In this document: one piece after another, positions 27,425 through 34,287 of the stretch
How the letters are laid out: each line of letters starts with the position of its first letter
Position numbering within the stretch: position 1 is the stretch's first letter
Virus record (IMG/VR): IMGVR_UViG_3300010396_000050
Coordinates: 1 to 56,786 of that record
Source: a virus
Taxonomy: Duplodnaviria; Caudoviricetes
DNA length: 56,786 nucleotides
Direction: 5' to 3' (one strand)
Position numbers and translations under genes: made by a program
The notes under the pieces: generated by a model
Database searches by the model: none
What the model was told of the DNA's origin: nothing
The model's input: only the letters and a program-made list of their open reading frames with translations

Positions 27425-28025
27425 TATTCCGCTTGCGATCCTCGCCAATGTGGTGTGGGCTGGACTTCTGATCGCGCGGGACCACTGGCAACACGGCAAG
27501 CTCAAGATTCAAGGGCACTGGGCAGAATGGGCCCCTGACTCCAAGGGACGCGAGTTCAGTATTGGGACGATTGAATACCGGTGGCTCAAGCGCCGGATCG
27601 AATTCAACGGAACGAACTACCACAGCAACGGCATGCCATTTTGCCACTGGACCACAACGGCAAGTACGCTCAATCTTCCGGCGGGGAAGCTGTATTACAT
27701 CTTCGATTCGACGAACGTCGGCGCGCTCCAGTCGTCATCGACGGGGTTCGGCGTGCTGAATCTTCGTCGACGGGCAGACAAGACGATCGTCCCTGAGGAC
27801 GGCTATTTCATGTACCGCGACACGCGAGCCTTCTCCGTCAGCCACAGCATGGTCCGTATTGACGAAGTTCCAATGTCTCGGGGAGATAGCGCGGCCGCGA
27901 TCCTGGCTCGTGTCTTTCCGCATGAGTGGGCCGCGTTGAACGGTGACGACGCCATCGAACCCCGAAGCCCGTTCCGCGTTGTGGCGCGCGATGTCCATGC
28001 ACACCCGGAGGATGTTGCGTCATAG
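27399..28025 (+). CDS. Membrane-anchored beta-rich protein
   Basis: One N-terminal TM helix, then IQGHW and a series of beta strands. Confidence 0.65.
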   Translation: MDVMTILISIPLAILANVVWAGLLIARDHWQHGKLKIQGHWAEWAPDSKGREFSIGTIEYRWLKRRIEFNGTNYHSNGMPFCHWTTTASTLNLPAGKLYYIFDSTNVGALQSSSTGFGVLNLRRRADKTIVPEDGYFMYRDTRAFSVSHSMVRIDEVPMSRGDSAAAILARVFPHEWAALNGDDAIEPRSPFRVVARDVHAHPEDVAS

Positions 28026-28090
28026 CACGCATGTTCTGACCGGCAGACCGGCGACGGCGTGCCCCTTGCCGAACAGTATTTCGCACATTC

Positions 28091-28131
28091 GCACGAGAGA
28101 CCGGACGTTGATAGCGTCCGGTCTCTCGTGC
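28091..28131. terminator. Hairpin between convergent transcripts
   Basis: 17-bp perfect stem GCACGAGAGACCGGACG / CGTCCGGTCTCTCGTGC. Confidence 0.75.
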
Positions 28132-28132
28132 A

Positions 28133-28261
28133 GTTGATGGCAACAGGATTCGAACCTGCGGCGATTCGACCATTGGGTATCTGGCCCCCGTCGAAACGCT
28201 AGCCAGTAAGAGACGGGCTCATCCGTCATTCAGCGTTAAACCACTCCGCCAAACCATCAAC
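28133..28261 (-). ncRNA. tRNA-like RNA with hairpin + pseudoknot replacing the anticodon/variable arms
   Basis: Acceptor GUUGAUGG/CCAUCAAC, D arm UGGCGGAGUGGUUUAACGC, T arm GCAGG-UUCGAAU-CCUGU, and a 72-nt non-canonical insert. Confidence 0.75.
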
Positions 28262-28415
28262 CACGTTGCCTGAGAACCCAAGGCCTAGCCGGACTGGATA
28301 CCGGCCCGCCGGGAATGCACCCAACGCCTACAACCACGGGAAAGACGTGGACTTCCGTCTTGGTGGTCTCATGTCTGCCGGCGTAGAGACCAACCGCCGC
28401 GTGCCTCGGGCACGG

Positions 28416-28487
28416 AGCCCCTCACAGGAGTCGAACCTGTACCCGGCTGTTTACAAAACAGCTGCTCTGCCTTCGAGCTAGAGGGGC
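28416..28487 (-). tRNA. tRNA-Thr(UGU), CCA not encoded
   Basis: GCCCCUC/GAGGGGC acceptor, GCUC/GAGC D stem, GCUGU-UUUGUAA-ACAGC anticodon arm, ACAGG-UUCGACU-CCUGU T arm. Confidence 0.92.
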
Positions 28488-28488
28488 A

Positions 28489-28560
28489 AAGCGGACGGCT
28501 TGCCATTCGCCTACATGGCCCAAGGGCCACGCCCGGATTCGAACCGGGAATCTTCCGCCT
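28489..28560 (-). ncRNA. Circularly permuted tRNA mimic B
   Basis: GCGGA, variable loop, T arm CCCGG-UUCGAAU-CCGGG, closed acceptor CGUGGCC-CUUG-GGCCAUG, D arm UAGGCGAAUGGCAAGCC, then UCCGC pairing with the 5' GCGGA. Confidence 0.8.
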
Positions 28561-28626
28561 GACGGCGCCTGACCGATCGGCCATCCCGCTTTCGCCAGAC
28601 CGGGAGTCGAACCCGGCTACTCCGTC
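28561..28626 (-). ncRNA. Circularly permuted tRNA mimic A
   Basis: GACGG, T arm CCGGG-UUCGACU-CCCGG, acceptor UCUGGC-GAAA-GCGGGA, D arm UGGCCGAUCGGUCAGGC, then CCGUC pairing with the 5' GACGG. Confidence 0.75.
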
Positions 28627-28634
28627 CTGTGACG

Positions 28635-28640
28635 ATTATA
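28635..28640 (-). promoter_or_regulatory. -10 box of the ncRNA operon
   Basis: Perfect TATAAT 8 nt upstream of mimic A; no clear -35. Confidence 0.55.
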
Positions 28641-28643
28641 CCG

Positions 28644-29051
28644 CTACGGCGTCGCCACGTCCGGCGTGACGGGTGCTGCCGGCGTCTCTGGCGTCGCCAC
28701 AGGCACGACAGGCGCGACAGGCACCACGACCGGCGTCACGGCCTCCATGCTCGCCTTGGCCTCTTCCAGCAGCTTGACGACGGTCGCAGGAGAGAAGACG
28801 GCGCTCCGCGTGTCCTGCGCCTGGTGCCAGCGCGACCACAGTCCCCACGCGATCAGGGCGACGGGCCACGCGACGTTGACCCACTCGTAGGCGTTGTCGA
28901 GGACGTGCTGCGTGACGGTAAAGCCGAGCGAGGTCGCGACGACGGCCAGCACGTCGATGATCCGGTAAACCTTGGCGATGGTCAGGACGGGCTCATCTGC
29001 GTAGATGGACGACGTGGGCGCAACGACGGCGGGCTTGGGGATAGTGCTCAT
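28644..29051 (-). CDS. Holin-like membrane protein
   Basis: Two hydrophobic segments; downstream of the endolysin. Confidence 0.6.
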   Translation of the reverse strand: MSTIPKPAVVAPTSSIYADEPVLTIAKVYRIIDVLAVVATSLGFTVTQHVLDNAYEWVNVAWPVALIAWGLWSRWHQAQDTRSAVFSPATVVKLLEEAKASMEAVTPVVVPVAPVVPVATPETPAAPVTPDVATP

Positions 29052-29143
29052 ACCGCAACCTTTCCGAGGAGAATGAGAATCAGCACGAAGATGAGTAGGA
29101 CGCCGACGACGCTCCATAGGGTGTTGTTGGTGTTGGGGTTCAT
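29048..29143 (-). CDS. 31-aa single-TM peptide in the lysis cassette
   Basis: GGAGG SD; MNPNTNNTLWSVVGVLLIFVLILILLGKVAV; stop overlaps the next ATG. Confidence 0.55.
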   Translation of the reverse strand: MNPNTNNTLWSVVGVLLIFVLILILLGKVAV

Positions 29144-29224
29144 CCGGTCCTCCGTTAGCTAAGCAAATGGCCGTTTCCTTAGCTAACGGGCCACGTTCGG
29201 CGGCGTTAGCTAAGGCGGCTTGGG

Positions 29225-30835
29225 TTAGGCGAGTTTTGCCGGGTCACCGCCGAGCGAGGTGATGATCCGGTCGAGCGGAAAGGTTGGGGAGGGGCAGTAC
29301 TCACGGGTGAGTGCATTCACGTCCGAGTGGCGCCACTGGTGCGAGCGATCGGTGTTGAGGCCGTACACGGCGGGGTGTGCGAAGTAGCGGGCAAGCCGGA
29401 TCGAGGCGTCAATCTGCACCTGGGGGAAGGCCATATTCGGCTTGCCAACGTGCTCGATCGTGATCGTGTAGTCGTTCAGGTTCGGCCCGGCATTGATGGA
29501 ATTGACCAACGCCGGGATGTCCGTCCGGTAGCCAAGCTGCCCGTTCAGCTCGAAGTCGCCGTTCGTCCACGCACCGTCCGTGCTGCTGACGAACTGGTAC
29601 ACCGTGCCATCCGTGTCGATCACGAAGTGGGACGATGCTTGCGAACTCGAGTTCTGGAACCAACTGATCGTGTTGTTCAGCACGAGGTCGTCCGTGACGT
29701 GGTAGCACATCGCGATCGGCTTCTTGCCCGCGCGGTTCGCGAAGAAGTTCGGTGACCCCTTCCAGACGATCGGTGGCAGCAGAATCGACGGGTCTTTCAC
29801 CGTCTTGTAGTTCGCCGCGGTGACCTGCGAATAGTCCGTGATCGCGGCACTTCCGCCGCCGGTGATGACGCCGCCGGGGTTCGTGTCCGGGATGGTAAAG
29901 AGACCGTCCCAGAACTTGCCGACGAGCCGTTCACCCTTCGTGTCATAGAGCCAGACGTCGCCTTTGGTGTCCGTCCACGACCACGAGGCGACGCGGGTCT
30001 CCCCCTTCTTGACGTCCGCCGTCTTTGGCGCGCCCTTGGGATCGGCCCACTGATACGCGGCGGTATCCTCGGTCGCCGTCACCGTCGTGTCCGGGATGTT
30101 GAAGTACACGCCGTTCTTGTCGCGGGTCATCGGCGCCTTGACCGCGTCCGCATCGGTGAACAGTTTCAGCAGCTTCGGCGGTGCGTACGTCGTTGGTGTT
30201 GGTGTTGTGGGCACGGTGGTTCCTCCTGATGCTTGTATCGGTGGTGTGGATAATTGATCGGGGATATTGGGAAAGAACTTGTTTCCTCGAATCGCGAGGT
30301 TGGCGGCCCCCTGTGTTTCTGACCACCACTTGCCACCGAGATCGTTCACCGTCTTCACGGTGCCACGATTCGCTACCGGAACGGCGCTGTATCGGGGATC
30401 GAGTGAGATGTAGGGCAGGAGGGCTGTCCACGCGGCCGAGTCCGACACGGGGATCTCGTATCGTGCGTGATGAACCACGTGCGCCTGTGCCGCTTCCTTT
30501 CCACCGGCGAAGCGATAACCGAGGTCTTGAACATCCGTAATCCCGATGCCAGCGGGGTTGTAGCGATTCCGCGTGTCCCGGTACGCCTCCACGGTTGCCC
30601 ATGCGGGAGAAGAGAAGGGGCGAATCCCGTCAGTGCCACCGCCGGTCTCCACGCAGACGTGAGCGATCAAGAGCACGGCATCGAGCGTGAGGAGACCGCA
30701 GAGCCGATAGACCTCATCAACGAAGTCGTCGACGTCCTTGCCCGCAATGACTCCCGCCGCATGCAATGCCGCCTTGATCTGGTCAGGCGTCCCGCGCGAT
30801 GGGGATCGCCATGTGTCGGTGATCTTTATGGCCAC
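29225..30835 (-). CDS. Endolysin (N-terminal lysozyme/glucosaminidase-like + C-terminal Amidase_2)
   Basis: IAHVCVETG...YNPAGIG; AMCYHVT, ASSHFVID, AWTNG, TITIEH, RHSD...CP. Confidence 0.88.
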   Translation of the reverse strand: MAIKITDTWRSPSRGTPDQIKAALHAAGVIAGKDVDDFVDEVYRLCGLLTLDAVLLIAHVCVETGGGTDGIRPFSSPAWATVEAYRDTRNRYNPAGIGITDVQDLGYRFAGGKEAAQAHVVHHARYEIPVSDSAAWTALLPYISLDPRYSAVPVANRGTVKTVNDLGGKWWSETQGAANLAIRGNKFFPNIPDQLSTPPIQASGGTTVPTTPTPTTYAPPKLLKLFTDADAVKAPMTRDKNGVYFNIPDTTVTATEDTAAYQWADPKGAPKTADVKKGETRVASWSWTDTKGDVWLYDTKGERLVGKFWDGLFTIPDTNPGGVITGGGSAAITDYSQVTAANYKTVKDPSILLPPIVWKGSPNFFANRAGKKPIAMCYHVTDDLVLNNTISWFQNSSSQASSHFVIDTDGTVYQFVSSTDGAWTNGDFELNGQLGYRTDIPALVNSINAGPNLNDYTITIEHVGKPNMAFPQVQIDASIRLARYFAHPAVYGLNTDRSHQWRHSDVNALTREYCPSPTFPLDRIITSLGGDPAKLA

Positions 30836-31182
30836 AATCGATTCCTTTCCTCGACCAGCACCTTGCAGAGGTGCGTCCCGCAGAGGCAGACGGCGACGAC
30901 CGCGAACGTCGCCAGCATGTAGAGGCCGAGGCGCAAGTGGAACTCGAGCGTGAAGAACGCCGCCTTCTTCGTGCCGAAGTAGAGAAACACGATGCTCAGG
31001 AGCATCCCTTGAATCCAGAGCGCCCGGAAGAGCGCGCGGCAGGCCGGCCCGACCTTGGTCTTCGATTCCTGTGCGCCCATCACCCAGTCGAGGTAGGCGC
31101 AGATGATGGACTTGATGAAAAACGCACCGCTCATGATCCAGAGCATGTACGTAATCACCTCAACTTCCGTGGCACCCATCAT
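30826..31182 (-). CDS. Three-TM membrane protein (lysis region)
   Basis: Three hydrophobic segments. Confidence 0.6.
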   Translation of the reverse strand: MMGATEVEVITYMLWIMSGAFFIKSIICAYLDWVMGAQESKTKVGPACRALFRALWIQGMLLSIVFLYFGTKKAAFFTLEFHLRLGLYMLATFAVVAVCLCGTHLCKVLVEERNRLWP

Positions 31183-31358
31183 GATCGTTGTCCCTGATCT
31201 CCGAGCAGCTCGCGCTCCAGGAAGTTCTGCTCACGTTTGATCTCGTCCTCGACCACCGCCTGCACGCGCTTTTGCCGGCGGTACTCGTCAAGACTGAAGA
31301 ATGGAAAGAGATTGAAGAAGTGGAGCAGGGCGTCCCGCATCCGTTCCAGTCCATTCAT
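31179..31358 (-). CDS. Hypothetical protein
   Basis: MNGLERMRDALLHFF...; coupled at both ends. Confidence 0.45.
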   Translation of the reverse strand: MNGLERMRDALLHFFNLFPFFSLDEYRRQKRVQAVVEDEIKREQNFLERELLGDQGQRS

Positions 31359-31597
31359 GACGTCGTCCCCGCCGATGAGCGCGCCCGCAGGCGGTCGTTG
31401 TCGTCTTGAAGGGAGCGAATAGTTTGCTGCGAAATCATGTCCTTGGTTTGCAACTGCGAGATGCGGTCTTCGAGCGTTTTGACGGTCTGCGCGCTTTGAC
31501 GCTGGACGATTTTGACGAGGACGCCGAGCGCCGTGGTGAACCCGCCGAGCGCCACCAGGACGGCCGCGGTCATCGATCCGACTGCTACGTAGTCCAT
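31355..31597 (-). CDS. TM + coiled-coil protein (holin-like)
   Basis: N-terminal TM helix followed by heptads. Confidence 0.6.
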   Translation of the reverse strand: MDYVAVGSMTAAVLVALGGFTTALGVLVKIVQRQSAQTVKTLEDRISQLQTKDMISQQTIRSLQDDNDRLRARSSAGTTS

Positions 31598-31655
31598 CTG
31601 GTCGCCCCCGGATATCGTGAAGTGGCGTGTCCATCGTTCATCCTCCGTGTCATCA

Positions 31656-33497
31656 CTAGGCCGTCTTGAGTGACATCAGCGGGACGACCTGCTGATCCGT
31701 GTAGCTATAGGTCGGCGTGGTCGCGAACCCGGTCGAATACGTGACCCCGGTCGTGCGTCCCGCCGTGACGTTGAGGAGCATGTTTCCGGATCGATACATG
31801 TTCCGCCCCCCGCTCGTCACATCCAGCGCCGTGAGCGTGACCGTCCCGTCGAAGACCACTGCGAGGTTGTATTCGTTTGGCAGTCCCGCCCCGAGCGCGA
31901 TTGCCGGGGAGATTGACCCAACCTTGAGTCCGGTTCCGCTGAGCGCGATCGTGCCGGTCGCCAGCGGTGCGCCCGTCGCGTTGCCGGATGAGCTCCGCGC
32001 GTAGATCGCCCATTTGGCATTCGCCGCTGTGCCGGTGGCGCTGACGTTGAACGAGATGTTGGTGAGCGATCCGCTGCTGTAATCCAGCTCGATCGGGACG
32101 AAATACCCGTTATTTGCCGTACAGGCGAGCGTCGAAATCTTGCCGTAGCAGCCGTTGTTGGCGTTGCTGTAGTACTGGCCGGACGGGATCGCGGTGCGTG
32201 GCACGAGGAGCGCCTCCGACGTTGCCCGGTTGGCAATTTCCGTCGAGAGCGCGGAGGCCGTGGCGAAGTTGGCCGTCACCGCAGACGAGAGGTCCGCGAG
32301 GGAGATCGTGCCGTCGAGGATCATCGCGCTCGTGATGTAGCCCGTGCCGATGGAGGTCAGGAGCGGCACGCCGTCGATGGTGAGCACGCCCGTGCCCGTG
32401 TTGACGCCGAGCGTGTGGACCGTGCCGTCGGACGCGTGGAGCTTGAGGACGGTGGGATCGTTCGTCTGGAGGACGTTGGAGACCGTGCGAGACGGCGTGA
32501 CCTCTAGCGAGTTGTTTTTCCAGAGACCAACGTCCGGCGTGCTGGCAGGAATGGAGACCGATGCGCCGACTCCATTCGATCGCGGGGAATTCGCCCCGAT
32601 ACTGGACTTCGCCCCAAGCAGACTGCCACTGTCAGAGCCGGAGTTGATTGTCGCGCCGGTCCCGACACCGGTAGTGAACGCGCCGTGAACCTGCGCGTTC
32701 ACCGCGACTGCGCCCGCACCGTCAGCAATCGCGGTAGGGACGCCAAACAAAGAGACATACCGGCCGATGGCCAGCGTATCATCGCCGAGTGCCTGAGCGC
32801 CGTTCCCGAGAGCGGACGCACTGTCGCCATCGGCAAGGGAGTCAATCCCAAACGCGGCGCTATGAGCACCGTTGGCGACAGACCCGTCGCCGAAGTGCGT
32901 GCCCTGCACGTCGGATTGCGCGACGACCGGTCCCGCGGGCGGCTCCCCGACAGAGTTCTGGCCGAACACGGTCACCGACGCTGGACCGTTGAACGCATCC
33001 CAATCCGTCGAGGAAATGTTGGACCCGCTCGCCAGCCGCACGACCTGGATTTCGCCTGTCTGCGCGCCCGTGCCATCGACCACGGTCGTGACGCTCTGGG
33101 CGTCGTTGCCTTTGTCGGTGAGATACTGGCTGATCTGGTCGACGCGGATGTTGTCCCCCGCCGTCCAGCCGAGCACGGTATCGGCAAGATCGAGCGTGTA
33201 CGTCACCGTATCCGGCGTCGCGTTCGGCGTGAAATCCTCTTCGATGGTTGGCGGCGTCGGCAACGGGTCGCCGATCTGCCACGACACGTTGTTCCAGTAG
33301 AGCGGCCACGAGTCCTGCAAGTCCGGCTCGGCGCTGGCATCGACGTGGATCAGCGACGGGTCAGCAGGATCGACCGTGAGCGACGTCACGGTGATGCCAC
33401 CGCTGACGAGCCACGCGTTCAGCAGGTCCAAATTGGCGGGTTCCCCGGCAACGTAGCCGCCTTTTGTATCAGCGAGCGAAAGATCGTACGTGGACAT
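31656..33497 (-). CDS. Tail fiber / receptor-binding-like protein
   Basis: YadA-head-like repeats (SAAFG, ASALG, TLAIG); last gene of the tail module. Confidence 0.65.
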   Translation of the reverse strand: MSTYDLSLADTKGGYVAGEPANLDLLNAWLVSGGITVTSLTVDPADPSLIHVDASAEPDLQDSWPLYWNNVSWQIGDPLPTPPTIEEDFTPNATPDTVTYTLDLADTVLGWTAGDNIRVDQISQYLTDKGNDAQSVTTVVDGTGAQTGEIQVVRLASGSNISSTDWDAFNGPASVTVFGQNSVGEPPAGPVVAQSDVQGTHFGDGSVANGAHSAAFGIDSLADGDSASALGNGAQALGDDTLAIGRYVSLFGVPTAIADGAGAVAVNAQVHGAFTTGVGTGATINSGSDSGSLLGAKSSIGANSPRSNGVGASVSIPASTPDVGLWKNNSLEVTPSRTVSNVLQTNDPTVLKLHASDGTVHTLGVNTGTGVLTIDGVPLLTSIGTGYITSAMILDGTISLADLSSAVTANFATASALSTEIANRATSEALLVPRTAIPSGQYYSNANNGCYGKISTLACTANNGYFVPIELDYSSGSLTNISFNVSATGTAANAKWAIYARSSSGNATGAPLATGTIALSGTGLKVGSISPAIALGAGLPNEYNLAVVFDGTVTLTALDVTSGGRNMYRSGNMLLNVTAGRTTGVTYSTGFATTPTYSYTDQQVVPLMSLKTA

Positions 33498-34285
33498 TAC
33501 TTCACCACCTTTATCCCAAACATCATTGCTGATCGAATGTCGGAGTTGCCGGAGCCGCCGAAGCAGCTCCAGCGGAGATTGATGTTCTGGTCGCTGTAGG
33601 CATCGGTGGTGCTGGCGACGTTGAACGTGCGCGCGTGGACGGTGAACAGCGATTGGACGGACGTGTCCTTGCCGGCGGAACTTGGCGGGCCGACAGCGCC
33701 ATTGAGGTTGGCAAATGACGGGTCGGCAATCGTGGTGTTGCCGCCGATCCGGATGCGCATATCGACCTGGGTCGCGGCCGTTGCCGGGCGAATCTGGGCG
33801 TACGCGAGCATCGCGACGGTGACGTTCTTGTTCGTGGGGATGCGGACGGTCGTGGCGACGTTGCCCGGCACGCCGATCTTGTCGTCGATGGTGACGGACT
33901 GCGATGTCTGGACCGGCAGCGCGCGTGTCGCGAACGCCTTCCGGGCGAAGATCAGTTCGGGCGCGTCGTACGGTCCGGCAATGCGCCCGAGCACGACCGG
34001 GACGCCGGAACTGCTGGCATCCCCGAACGCCTGCGTCATCGCGATCAGGACGTCGCCAACGGCCATCGGGTCGACCGAGGCCACCCGGTCCATCGCTTCG
34101 ACGCCGGAGCCGTAGACATTGACCGCCGTCTTGGTGAGGGTCTGCGGATCGTCGCCGTAGCCGTCGTCATCGGTGATCGTGCGGCCGAGCATCTGCCCAA
34201 GGACGAGGCCGGTGAAGACGCGGGCGATGTCGCCTTCGTCAGACGCGATGTTGTTGAGGATCGTGGCGATACTGGTCGTCGTCAT
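33497..34285 (-). CDS. Minor tail protein
   Basis: Position; VGDV...VVLGRI OB-like motif. Confidence 0.6.
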   Translation of the reverse strand: MTTTSIATILNNIASDEGDIARVFTGLVLGQMLGRTITDDDGYGDDPQTLTKTAVNVYGSGVEAMDRVASVDPMAVGDVLIAMTQAFGDASSSGVPVVLGRIAGPYDAPELIFARKAFATRALPVQTSQSVTIDDKIGVPGNVATTVRIPTNKNVTVAMLAYAQIRPATAATQVDMRIRIGGNTTIADPSFANLNGAVGPPSSAGKDTSVQSLFTVHARTFNVASTTDAYSDQNINLRWSCFGGSGNSDIRSAMMFGIKVVK

Positions 34286-34287
34286 GG

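Noticed and set aside
28133-28261. tmRNA or intron-containing tRNA
   Set aside because: Only 129 nt, with a true D stem, no tag reading frame, and no group I core or obvious splice junctions restoring an anticodon loop.
28330-28415. Theta/HDV-like ribozyme after tRNA-Thr
   Set aside because: I could not assemble the nested double pseudoknot by eye; only simple hairpins are evident. A descriptor search is needed to exclude it fully.
28525-28590. A normal tRNA made from the D arm of mimic A and the T arm of mimic B
   Set aside because: The anticodon loop would be 1 nt and the acceptor strands (GCGGGA versus CGUGGCC) do not pair. The permuted reading pairs far better.
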